Notes: generated by a model from the letters alone, not told the origin. A DNA stretch of 64,000 nucleotides from Blepharisma stoltei ATCC 30299 (GCA_965603825.1 CBFDEM010000054.1:186001-250000), one strand, 5' to 3'; counted from the first letter of the stretch, positions 48,747 to 60,866 are shown. Made by a program: numbers and translations.

Positions 48747-49529
48747 TTATTCCTTTTTGCCTACATTAATCTTTCTCTGAATCAGCCAATTATAAGTAAT
48801 TTCTTCTCCGCTTGCTATTTTTCAGAACCTTATTTTATTGTCTTGCAATCACTTGTCATTTATTTTGTATCAAAATTTTGCATTATTTTTATTTATCAAG
48901 CCGCATTTATGATAGGGATCATCTGCATGGCATTGGCATTTTTTGCATATTTTTCTCAATAGCAGAGGGCATAGAGCACTAGAATAAGAAGATTTATGAC
49001 AAAAATAGCAATGATTTAATAAATTCCCAAAATAAACCTCAAACGGATCAATAATTTGTCCAGTATCCATAAAGTAGTCTCTTCTAAGCAAATATAACCA
49101 AATTTCTTTTGATAAAAATATTGTGTATCATTCTTTTGATACTCTTCTCAATATCATAAGTTCTTCTATTGTGAAATATTTATAAATTTCTTTAAGAGTT
49201 CTTGACAACTTGGTTTCTACTCTAATATCTAGTTTTTGTGGCTTGTTTAAGATAGGATGTTGCCTATTTATATTGTTTAATCATTGATTGAATGTTGAGA
49301 TATCTGAGTCATTTGAAAGAGTGGACAAATAGTTATAATCAAATATATATGTTGAATTAATTGGATTGTAGCACTGAAGATGTAGAAATGAAAAGCCAGA
49401 TTTTGATGCTTGAATAATGGCTGGAGTTGATATAAGAGCATGTGAGCATGAATTGCATATTTTATCTGTCACATTGTCCACTAATAAAAAGTCGCTTTCG
49501 ATATTCCCAAATGAATAGCTTTCTAACAT
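48747..49529 (-). CDS. F-box protein with N-terminal CxxC..HxxC and C-terminal Cys-rich putative zinc fingers
   Basis: 260 aa with 5 in-frame TGA. F-box-like LKEIYKYFTIEELMILRRVSKEW; CNSC..HLQC; CYFC..CPL..CKKC. Confidence 0.75.
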
Positions 49530-49734
49530 TTAATATAGAAATTGCAAAAATAAATATAAACATTTATTGCCAAATTAAATAATTTCAATCAATACATCTA
49601 TATTACTTCATATATTTAAAGTTAATAACTGTAATCTTTCCACTCAGTGGAGAAAGGCAAGTATAACTAAAAAATTTCAAAATTGTTTCAAAGAAATGGT
49701 CAATCTTGATCTCCAGTAATAAATAAAACTAATT

Positions 49735-50250
49735 ATGGAAAACAAGCTAATTTTCGAAGAAGCAACAGAATGTCCAATATGCTTAGAAACGTTTCATTTA
49801 CCAGCTTCAACTCCATGCGGGCATAATTTTTGCATTGAATGCATGCAAAAGCTGTTAAAGCACCGCTTTTATAGAATGAAGTGTCCTATATGCAGATCGC
49901 TTATTCCAAAATCTGGATATAAATTAAACAAGTTGCTTGATGAATTATTGTCAGTTATTAACCCAACTGGATCTTCGAAAAATAAAATCAATGATATTAA
50001 CTTTTTAGCTCAGAACCGCAGAAAAAATATGTTTCATGTCAGAAAAATAATTATGCTACTAGCTATAGTGATGGGTTTTATAGTTGCAAGGAAGAACATT
50101 TCAATAGCGTTTATAAATAAACTATGATTTATTTTATCCAAATTCTCGTCTATTGTTGCAACAGTTTTATTTGGGCAGTATGCAGTTTTTGGTCAGATGT
50201 TTATATCGAACTTTATTAGTATTGTGTTTAGATCAAGCATAGTTTGGTAA
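49735..50250 (+). CDS. C3HC4 RING finger protein with hydrophobic C-terminus
   Basis: CPIC..PCGHNFCIEC..CPIC; TGA 50125 is read through to TAA 50248-50250. Confidence 0.85.
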
Positions 50251-50672
50251 TTGTAATAAATTTTAAATCCCAAAAAGTGCTACTTTATATTTACTTTTAA
50301 ATTTCTGTTAATTGGTTTTTTTATAAAAATAATTTACCATTATAACTCAAGTATTATTTTCATGGAGATTAAAACCATGAATAATAAGATTATCAATAAA
50401 ACTAAAATAATTTAATAAAATGCATTACTCATAAAAGAATTTAACTTCATATTTATTTGCTAAAATAGTTTATTTATTTAGTTAAGTTAAATCCAGCTTA
50501 AATTACATTAATGCTTAATAACTACTTTATTGTTTAAAATAATTAAAAAAGAGTAAATCGTTAATTAAATTAATTTAATTCAAATTAAAATAAAACCCAA
50601 AATGATCGAATAAATAAGCATAACTAATCCCATATTAAAATATTTAGTTCATATTTCTTATAGTGGATAAAA

Positions 50673-52571
50673 ATGTCAAATCCTGAAGAGCAGGCTCCTC
50701 CACAACAATCAGGTTTGAATGCGAATGCTGCTTCATTTGAATTCAATTTCAATGCAAGCGAGTTTGTTCCTAGTTTTGGCACCACACCGCCCGAAATCCC
50801 AGCTCAAACTTATCAATCTAATTATTATCAATATAACCAAGAATTTGCCCAATATAATTATGCATATGGTGGATATCCTCAACAATATCCTTACGGAATG
50901 CAGCAAGGCTTTTATTTTCAAGAAAACCAGCAGCCAGAAGAGCCAGAAGAGCCTGAAGAAAAAACGATCAGCTTCAGTGACTTTGAGAAGAATCAGTCAT
51001 CTAAGCCTAAATCTGGAACTGGTCCAAAACTTGGATTCAAAAGTATCAATGTAGGCGAAGAAGTCAGACAGGCCTCGGAACAACAAGAAGAAGCTCCAAA
51101 AGAAGAAATGAAGGTGGCCCCAAAAGCTAGAAAACCAGTCATCAAAAGCATCACTGAAAAACCTATTGATAAAGCTGCATTAGTCTCTAAGCTGAGAGAA
51201 TCAGCAGCTAATGAAGAACTGCCACTGATTGAGCCTGATAAAACTAAAGAGCCAGTTAACATTGTATTTATTGGCCATGTGGACGCAGGAAAATCAACTA
51301 TTTGTGGAGGCATTTTACTTCATTCTGGAAAAATCGACCAAAGAATCATTGAAACCTACGAGCAAGAAGCCAAAAAACTTGGAAGAGATTCCTGGTGGCT
51401 GGCTTATGTTATGGACCAAAATGAAGAGGAAAGAGAAAGAGGCAAAACTGTTGAGGTCGGAAAGGCTTATTTCGAAACTCCAAGCAAAAGATTTTCAATA
51501 TTAGATGCTCCTGGGCATAAAGCGTATGTTCCTAATATGATTGGTGGGGCTTCACAAGCTGATTATGCGGCTTTGGTGATTTCTGCAAGAATCTCTGAAT
51601 TTGAGACAGGCTTTGACAGAGGTGGGCAGACCCGAGAGCACGCTATGCTAACCAAATCGCTTGGAGTCAACACTCTTGTAGTCATCGTCAATAAAATGGA
51701 TGATCCTTCAGTTAATTGGTCTCAAGACCGTTTCGAACAAATTAAAAGAGAAATGAGCCCATTTTTGGCTGAAAAATGTAAGTATGATTTAAGCCAAGTT
51801 CACTGGATTCCTATAGCTGGTATTTCTGGGATTAATCTCATAGAAAAAGTCAGCCCAGAAGTCGCTCCATGGTATAATGGTCCAACCCTTTTCGAAATCT
51901 TAGACAATCTTCCTCTCCCAGTCCGCTCTAATGAAGCTCCACTGAGAATCCCTATTCTTGATCGTAGCAAAGACCAAGGAATAATGATTTATGGAAAAGT
52001 CGAAAGTGGGCAGGTCGTTAAAGGCTTAAGAGTAATCATCATGCCTATCAGAATTAAAGGTGAAATCGTTGAAATTGTTGGACCTGAAGAATCTCGGCTA
52101 ATGTATGCAAATGCTGGTGAAAATGTCAGAATTAAATTGAAAGTGCCTGAAGAAGTCGAAATACAGCGAGGGTTCACCATTTGTGACGTTCACGACGTCT
52201 GCCATGCAACACAAGAATTTTCTGCTGATGTCCAATTGCTAGATCTTCTAGAAGAAAAACAAGTCATGTCAGCTGGGTACCAATGTGTCATGCATGCACA
52301 TACAGCTGTGGAAGAATGTGAAATTATGGAAATTACTGCTGTGATTGATGTGCAAAGAAAAAAGAAAACAAAAGCATCGTTTGGAAGATCTAACCAAAGG
52401 GTTTTATTAAGGGTAAAAACAGAAGAAGAAATATGTGTAGAGCCATTTTCTAAAATGAATCAGCTTGGAAGATTTACATTAAGAGACGAAGGCAAAACAA
52501 TTGGACTTGGAAAAATCACTGAGATTGTAGAAGAAGTGGAAGCTCAAGAGGAAGAACCAGCTAATAAGTAG
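50673..52571 (+). CDS. eRF3: Eukaryotic peptide chain release factor 3 (eRF3/GSPT/Sup35)
   Basis: NIVFIGHVDAGKST, EERERGKTVEVG, LDAPGHK, GASQAD, NKMDD, GRFTLRDEGKTI; N-terminal PAM2 motifs. Confidence 0.95.
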   Translation: MSNPEEQAPPQQSGLNANAASFEFNFNASEFVPSFGTTPPEIPAQTYQSNYYQYNQEFAQYNYAYGGYPQQYPYGMQQGFYFQENQQPEEPEEPEEKTISFSDFEKNQSSKPKSGTGPKLGFKSINVGEEVRQASEQQEEAPKEEMKVAPKARKPVIKSITEKPIDKAALVSKLRESAANEELPLIEPDKTKEPVNIVFIGHVDAGKSTICGGILLHSGKIDQRIIETYEQEAKKLGRDSWWLAYVMDQNEEERERGKTVEVGKAYFETPSKRFSILDAPGHKAYVPNMIGGASQADYAALVISARISEFETGFDRGGQTREHAMLTKSLGVNTLVVIVNKMDDPSVNWSQDRFEQIKREMSPFLAEKCKYDLSQVHWIPIAGISGINLIEKVSPEVAPWYNGPTLFEILDNLPLPVRSNEAPLRIPILDRSKDQGIMIYGKVESGQVVKGLRVIIMPIRIKGEIVEIVGPEESRLMYANAGENVRIKLKVPEEVEIQRGFTICDVHDVCHATQEFSADVQLLDLLEEKQVMSAGYQCVMHAHTAVEECEIMEITAVIDVQRKKKTKASFGRSNQRVLLRVKTEEEICVEPFSKMNQLGRFTLRDEGKTIGLGKITEIVEEVEAQEEEPANK

Positions 52572-52612
52572 ACGCTATAGTTCGTTTAATTAATCAATTC
52601 GATCAAGAAATT

Positions 52613-53170
52613 TTATGTGTTATTTTTTAAGTCTTTTTGGTTTTTCATATACTCAACCACACAGTTTCAAAAGTCAATGCTGCTCGCAAAATCTTCTTGG
52701 AATTGGGCCATCGGATAAAGAGTAGATATCCCCATTACAGCATTAAAAATATTCCTCAAAGATGTTTCTAATTTTTCATCATTATATACAATAGAGGTCC
52801 TCAAAATGACCTCTCTTTTAAGTGCAGTTATATCTTGAGTAATTGGGTATTCTCTGTATTTTTCGCAATATCTAGTATTAGTTTTTCCATCTATTGCAAA
52901 AAATTTGTATTCTTTTTGAGCATCTATTACTCTTTTATACTTGTGTAATACATGCTTGCAGGTATGTGCCATCATTCTTTGGAAAATCAAAGCTTGACAA
53001 GTGCAGTCTTGGTCTTTGATTGAAAAATCTAGAATTTTATCTAGCGTTTCAGCATAATAATAAGCAAGAAAATTATTATTCGAAGGCATAGGGGCTACTT
53101 GAGGTAAGTTGACGCTCAAAGCTGAGTCTTGGAACAGAAATCTGCACTTCTCTGCAAGCCGTAAAGACAT
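52613..53170 (-). CDS. Hypothetical protein
   Basis: Track ORF extended through TGA 52667 to TAA 52613. Confidence 0.65.
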
Positions 53171-53221
53171 TTTCTAAATAATTAAACAATGTGACCTTAA
53201 ATAAGGGCATTAGATAAACTA

Positions 53222-53677
53222 TTAATCTCCCTTTTCGTCTAGCTGATCACAGAAATCCTCCCAAAGACCAGGGAATTCTTCTTGAGTTGCAGCTCTGATA
53301 TAGTCGCCTTGTGGAGATTTTTGAGTGAGAATCTGGTCTAGATACTTATCTGGTACTTGGCGATTATCAACCCAATGATGGATAAGTAAATAGAAGAAAG
53401 TTGAAAAGACCATGGCTTCTCTCAATCCAGCTTCCCCTCTTCTGATCGCAGGACCCATGACAAGTTGTCCACAGAGATAAGAAAGCCCAATGACCGGCAC
53501 TTGAAGAAGTGTTCTCCCAAATGCATATCTTTCATGCATCATCTTGAAGCGCAGGATTTCCCACTTGGTCAGCTTTTCTGCATCAATTGCTTGGATCCAC
53601 ATAAGGTAGTCATAATATGAGATTTTTACAAAAGGCTTCTTCTGCAAAGGCATAGCGGTGATGTACTCTCCAGACAT
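53222..53677 (-). CDS. Small two-TM membrane protein of unknown function
   Basis: 151-aa ORF with two hydrophobic stretches; all Trp codons are TGG. Confidence 0.75.
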   Translation of the reverse strand: MSGEYITAMPLQKKPFVKISYYDYLMWIQAIDAEKLTKWEILRFKMMHERYAFGRTLLQVPVIGLSYLCGQLVMGPAIRRGEAGLREAMVFSTFFYLLIHHWVDNRQVPDKYLDQILTQKSPQGDYIRAATQEEFPGLWEDFCDQLDEKGD

Positions 53678-53705
53678 ATTTTTATGGACTATCTTTTTAA
53701 ATTAA

Positions 53706-55025
53706 ATGGATCGTGCACAACTAATATCTCATATACAAGAATGTGGGATAAATGCAAGTGTTAGGCAAGAAGCTGTTGATTTATTATTAAGTGGCCCGAA
53801 AAAAGACGAAAGAATGATTGTAAGAAATAAACAGTTATGAATGGAAATTTCAGGAGCTGGACTTCAACTTAGAGAAAACCCTATCTATTATGCTAGATTG
53901 GTAAGCACGAAAAAAGATATCGTGACTATTTATACAAAACAAATAGATAAGGATCTCAAAAGGACTTTTCCAGAAGAGTCACTTTTTGCAAGAGAAGAAA
54001 CTATTGCTTCGCTGAAAAATATTTTAGTTGCTTACTCTTGAAGAAATCCTACTGTTGGGTACTGCCAAGGGCTGAATTATATTGTAGGAAGGCTGCTTTC
54101 TATCGGATTTTCTGAAGACGAATGTTTTTGGCTTCTTGCACAGATTGTGGAAACCTATTTACCTGTAGATTATTTTTCAATTATGAGTGGAGTATTGGTA
54201 GACCAAAGAGTTTACGACTATCTTCTTCGGAAAAAGATGCCAAGACTTTTTCAACACCTACTAAACTTAGAAATTGATGCCACAATCTATACAGTGAAAT
54301 GGTTCATTTGCATGTTTGGATTCAGCTTCCCAAAAAAAGTTGTATTAAGGATTTGAGATCATTTTTTTGTCAAAGGAGATACTTTTATATTTAAAGTCGC
54401 CCTTGGCCTTATGTGGGGCTCCAGAAACCAAATTTTAAATCTCCATGAGTTTACTGAAGTCTTAGGCTTCATTGAAAGCAAAACTAAGCATTGTACAGAT
54501 CGAAAAGTGATGCTAAGATATGCAAGTAAAAAGAAACTACGTGTCTCAGATAGCGCAATTAAATATTTAAGAGAACACTTTAAAACTGAAATCGATTTAG
54601 AACTAGAACAGCAGTATTCTCAAGTTTTGACATCAGAGCAAGTTTATGGGACAATTAATAAGTTCTGTGTTAATACTCAAGAATGCCAACAGAAATTGAG
54701 GCGAACTTCATCATTTTTTACGTTCCAGACATCAAAAAGCATTCATATTATTGACGACTATGTGGATGATGCTTGTATACCTAAAGTGTTTAATACTTCG
54801 CAGCTTAAAAATGCTCAAGAAAAGCTAATGCTAGGCAAGAGGAACCACTTGTGCTCAGTTGAATCAAACAACTTTTCGTCGTCGAATTTTGAAGAAAAAG
54901 AAAACCTTGATGAGTTTCTCAACAAAGCCAGAGATCGTGATCGGCTGAGTAGACGGCTTACAACTTTTCATGAGTTGGATTTCAAATTTTTAGAAGATGA
55001 GTCAACTATGGTTGAATCTCCTTAG
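53706..55025 (+). CDS. TBC-domain Rab-GAP; probable intron 53820-53834
   Basis: QIDKDLKRTF (Arg finger), GYCQGLN (Gln finger), LRIW(TGA)D; TGA at 53838, 54039 and 54354. Confidence 0.9.
53820..53834 (+). other. Probable 15-nt intron (stop-free)
   Basis: GTAAGAAATAAACAG; removal gives the TBC-like ERMILWMEISGA. Confidence 0.75.
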
Positions 55026-55056
55026 AATGTATAAATAAACCCTTAAGTAGTTATAA

Positions 55057-55662
<606 letters not shown>

Positions 55663-55674
55663 TTTATTATTCAT

Positions 55675-56160
55675 TTAAGCTTTTCTTCTGAATCTTTCTT
55701 CTAACAGTGTAGATACAAGGATTGATTTCAAAAAATCTCGTCTCTTATTGAAGTTTTCGCGGATTTCAAGGGCATCATATCTTTCTTCAATTTCTGGAAG
55801 TCCGTCCATCGACATGTAAAGCTTTTTCTGAGTGCTCAATCCTAGGATCCCAGGGTTGTATTGCTTTAATAGTTCCATATAAGTGCAGTGAGACTTATCT
55901 CCGGCTTCGTTGTTTTCAATGTGTTTTAAATGGTCTTGAAAAGGATTGTCGTTTGGGTCTCAGTTTACAAGAGAAAGTCCGCATGAAAAGCACACACATC
56001 GGTCATTCCCATCAGGAGCTTGATCAAAGAAAAATCCTGCCTCAGCAAGCTTGACTGGGTGGAGCATAGAGGTTCTTTTATGAGGCCAGCTATTCTTGTT
56101 GAAAGTTTCGACTCTTGCTGCTTGCGTTGCCATCTCGGGATAAATAAAGCTTGTTTCCAT
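55675..56160 (-). CDS. Single-BIR-domain (survivin-like) protein
   Basis: ARVETF..WP..LAEAGFF..DRCVCFSCGLSLVNW(TGA 55960)DPNDNPFQDH..C. Confidence 0.85.
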
Positions 56161-56270
56161 TTTATTATAGCTATTTTTGAAATTTTAATAAAAGCTATTA
56201 GATATCTAAAATTTCATTATACTAGACCAAAATTCCGCCTTATTGGCTTCTTATAAAGAATATTGCTTAA

Positions 56271-56310
56271 AAATAAAATAAATAATTAAAAAATAAAATA
56301 AATAATTAAA
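56271..56310 (+). repeat. 2 x 20-nt AT-rich tandem duplication
   Basis: aaataaaataaataattaaa occurs twice and overlaps the stop codon of the LITAF gene. Confidence 0.7.
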
Positions 56311-57016
56311 AATTATGCTTGCATTTATTACACCTCAATTTCCTACCCTTGCACGAATTCATCATATAAGGCACCATAAAACACCCGAATACCCCTCCTG
56401 CGAGAAAAACGGCTACGCTTGACCAAAAAGTTTTTGAGGTATTCACATACTCAATTTCGCTTGTTCTTTCTGCTTGGCAATAAGCACATCATTTTAATTG
56501 CGGGACACTTGACTGCAGATCAATTTCATATGGATCATTATAATCCATAGGGATAGCTTGAATTGGGAGCTTACTTAAAGACTCCGGAAACTCTTCAGGA
56601 ATTCTAATATCAATAGCATTATCAGGTTTATTAAAGCTGATATCAAAATTTTCAAATTCTTCCCTTAGCTTTCTCAGCTTTTCGCTGATTCTTACACTTA
56701 AATCAGATGAAAGAAAAGACAAAGATGGTCGAGTTGAAATACCTTGCCTGGAAGTTGTAATAAGAGGGGTATTTGTTGAATTTCGGGCGGTGCTAGAATT
56801 CCCATCATAGCTTGCTTGCATTTCAAATGGGAGATTCAGATGATTTTGCGATAGATTTGATTTATTTAAGGGAGAGTTGCAAGCTGTTGGTGCTAAAGTA
56901 AAATCTAGTGAGTTTGAGCTTGAGTCATTTGTTTTGTAATCTTTTACTTTAATAAATTGAGCAGAAGAAGGTGGAACTTCAAGTTTGTCATAAATTTGGT
57001 TTTCCTTTTTCAACAT
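56306..57016 (-). CDS. LITAF-domain protein
   Basis: Reading through TGA 56489 gives WCAYC..hydrophobic stretch..GCFMVPYMMNSCK..RCNKC. Confidence 0.88.
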
Positions 57017-57338
57017 TTAGTCTGTTAAATTTAAATTAAATTAACGGTATTATCTGCCAATAGAAAAAATGCCGAGACTGTAGTAAAAATTAGTGCTATT
57101 CTAAAACTATAAATTCTCAGTAAACTGTTTAAAATTTCTAAACCAAATTAAGAGTAATATAAATATATCAGATTCTTAGTAACTATTAAAAATTTAAAGT
57201 TATTTTTCATACGTGAATTTTCATTCAAAGTATTGATATTTAAATTGATGCTAAAAAGAATCGAAAACTAATAATTCTTTTTATTTTTTGAATCATAGTT
57301 TTCATTTTTTTAAGCAATTAAAGATTAACTAAGAAGCC

Positions 57339-59588
57339 ATGAAAGAGAATGAAGAGAGCATAGAGGACAACGCTATAACCAATCAGGTAAATTCAGCTCA
57401 TTATACAATCTATGAACATCAACCCCATGAAGCTCCAAATATCCCAATAAATCAAAACGTTCTAAACTTTACAAATCGGCAGCTAGAAAGCAAATATTTT
57501 GCAGCTCTTTATATAAATAAAGACGATAAAGATCGATTTTCATTTGAATTCAAAGGAAATTTGACGATATATTTCATTTTCTATTCTGCTTTTTTAGTTA
57601 TTAAAACTGGGTCAATATTAATTATAAATTATCAAGGAAACCTTGCCCAGAGCCACTATCTATTCCATATATCATGCTTGATATTTTTATTTTGCGTGGC
57701 CTACTTATTACTTATGCTATTAAAACTATATGATATATGCTTTGAGTACAATAGGACAATTTTTTCTTCGCTCACTTTTTTTGCAATACTTTATTTAATA
57801 ATTGGGGAAGAAAGGATTTTAAGTGGCATTACAAAAGAAAATTTTAATGGCGATTTTCCAATCAACATACCTTTTATTATGGGATTTGCAGTATGCTTGA
57901 AACTAGTGCTTTTTAACAATTTTCGACATTTTTCCTCAGTAGGGCTATCAACAATAATATTATATCTTATCCTTTCTCTTTGTCTTTCTGAGTCAAGGAT
58001 TTGGACATTCCTTACTGAATATTTTGCCTTGCTTATTTTTATATGTTTTCAGCTATTTGAGACCTGACAATTAGATTATAGGACACGGCAGCTGTTTTAT
58101 AGAAAAGTAAAGGAAGAAGCAGATGTATATCAAAATAAAAATATAAAAGAATATGTAAAATATGATGAAGGAATCAAATCAGAAGTAGAGCTAGTTGTCA
58201 AAACGTGTGAAACTATTAGAGAAATCATTAAAAAAGCTAGGTCTGTAATTATGTTCAAAGATATCAAATCCAGCTTAAAAGAAGCTTCAAACCAATTAAA
58301 TTTTGTCCAGCAAAAAATTGCTAGAGGGCTTCTTATGAATGAATCTCGGCTTGATTTAAGTATAGATGCAGACGACAGAGCATTTTTATCTCAAAACTTC
58401 ATGGATGTTAAATCTAGCCCAAGCGCTACCCAGAGCAGAAGACCAACAGCACAACAAATGATAGAAAATGCCTTAGAATTTCCATTTGGTGACTATGGGC
58501 TAACTGAGCTAGAAGGAGTTCTTACAGGAGTTGGCAAAAACTGAAACTTCGATATTTGGTTTGTTTACAACGCAACAGGTCATAGCATTTTTATCCTCTC
58601 AAAATATTTATTTGATAATTTTCATATCAAGCAAGAGTTTTTAATCCCAGACAAATTCATTGAGAACTATTTCAAGTCTCTTGAAAGTGTAATGTATATA
58701 TAGAAATACAATTCGGTGCCGTACCATAATGCATGCCATGCCTCAGATATGCTTCATTCTCTATTGTATTTTATTACTCAATCCAATATTATCAAACAAA
58801 TTTCAACCCTTGATTTATTGACTTGCATAATAGCAGCAGATGGACATGATGTAGGCCACCCAGGCGTGACAAATAGATTTTTAGTCAACACAAAAGATGA
58901 ACTGGCTATAAAGTATAATGATGTTAGTGTGCTTGAAATGATGCATTGCGCCACTATTTTTGAAGTGATGAGATATTATGACCACAATATTATAGCTAAT
59001 TTAAACAATGAAGAATGGGTTTATTGCAGAAAATTGATCATTGAAATGGTCTTGACCACTGATATGTCCAAGCATTTTGAGCTTTTAGGAAGGTTCAGGA
59101 CTCGCACTGCCCTTAATGATATTTCTTTGGATTCTGATGAAGATAAAGGATTAGTATTTTCAATTGGAATTAAATGTGCTGATATAGGACATTCTGCTAA
59201 ACCGATTGAGCTACATGAAAAATGAACAATTTTATTATGTGAGGAGTTTTTCAATCAAGGTGATATGGAAAGGTCAAGAAACCTCCCCATTTCTATGTAT
59301 TGCGATAGAAATGATGCAAATGTTCCAAAAGCCCAGTTTGGGTTTATTAAAAATGTTGCACTGCCAATATATGATGTTTGGACAAATTATTTGGACAGTG
59401 AGCAGATCAGATTAAATTGCTTTAATCAGCTTGAAAAAAATCTTGCATATTGGGATGGGAAATCTGTTAATAGAAGAAAAACACTAGATATTCCTATTAT
59501 GAAATCTACAGCGAGGTTAATGAAAATGAAGAGTAATTTTTATTCAGCTGCAAAATACGATTCAAATATTCGGCAAGATTTGACATAA
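57339..59588 (+). CDS. Multi-TM class I cyclic nucleotide phosphodiesterase; intron 58689-58703
   Basis: About 6 TM segments, then YHNACH, HDVGHPG, LEMMH, TDMSKHF and KCADIGH. TGA at 58065, 58542 and 59223 (HEKWT). Confidence 0.93.
58689..58703 (+). other. 15-nt intron
   Basis: GTAATGTATATATAG; in-frame TAG. Confidence 0.9.
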
Positions 59589-59696
59589 ACTCAGTATAAT
59601 TATCCTTTTTGCTTTCCTGGCCAATTGGAAAATTTACTGATAAAATAAATTAAAAATCATATTTGATAAAAATGGCTTTTTAACAATTTAAAATTA

Positions 59697-60788
59697 ATGA
59701 AATCTGTCTCAACACCCCGAAAGCGAGCAAAGCATATAGATAATGAAGAATATAAGCCAAGCAAAAGCGAAATCATCGAAGCTAATGAGCATGAGCAAGA
59801 AGAAATAGCTAACGACAATCACGTATCTTCTGAAGAAATTTATCGTTATTTGAGGAAAAACGTTGGAGATATGAACTCGCTCAAAGGATTACGAAAACTT
59901 GTTATTGAAAGCTCTTGTTCAAGAAGACTGATAAATAGTGTTATTTCTTACATTTTTGACTTAACAGAAAAAAATCCATCTGCAGTCGAATGAGGCAAAA
60001 AAGCTGTAGTCCTTGCAACTTCAGAAGTACTAGAGCCTAAAAAGAGGATTAGAGAAGCCTTTTTCTTTCCAAGCACAGAATCTGAACAAAGGCTGATCAA
60101 ATACCTTAATAAAGCTAAGACCAAGATGCTTGTTTCAGTATTTACTATAACTAACGACAATTTGTCTAATGCACTGAGAAATGCTAGGCGAAGAGGTGTA
60201 AACGTTATGATCATTTCTGATGATGAATGCATGAAAATGAATGGATCTGATATTAGAGCTTTATATGAAGAAGGATTTTCTGTTAGAGTCGATTTGAACC
60301 CTTTTGCACATATGCATAATAAATTTGTAGTAATTGATGACTATTTATTGATTACTGGAAGCTTTAATTGAACAAAACAAGCTGTACAGAAAAATCAAGA
60401 AAATTTAGTTGTGGTAGATGATAGTATTCTTGCCCATTTATATACTGATGAGTTTTTCAAACTTTGAGAAAAGTTTGAGCCAAGTGAAGAAAAATATTTT
60501 AAGAAAAAAATAGCTCAGAATATTGTTTATAAAGAGAGTATTGAGAATTATGAAGAAAAAATTGAGAGTCTGCCAGAACAGGAGAGTTATGATTATAATT
60601 TAAATAATAAATCCCCAGCATATGAACTTGGAATGCTACAAGAAATACAAGATCAGGCACAGAAAGAGGAAGAAATTTTTGAGGTAAAAGAAACTCAAAA
60701 CTCACAAATATATGAAAAGGGATTAAAAGAAAATGTATCACCGAGTGAGTCTGAAGTAATTCAAGAAAGTAAATGTGTAGTGTTTTAA
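59697..60788 (+). CDS. PLD6/Zucchini/Nuc-like single-HKD phospholipase D-family protein with C-terminal CaaX
   Basis: EAFFFPS, HMHNKFVVID..ITGSFNW(TGA 60369)T..NQEN. TGA at 59991, 60369 and 60465; ends SKCVVF*. Confidence 0.88.
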
Positions 60789-60866
60789 CTCCTAAATTAT
60801 TTATATTTATTTTTTATGTCTAAATATAAGCTTAATTGGCTATAAAATAGTACAAATGATACACAT

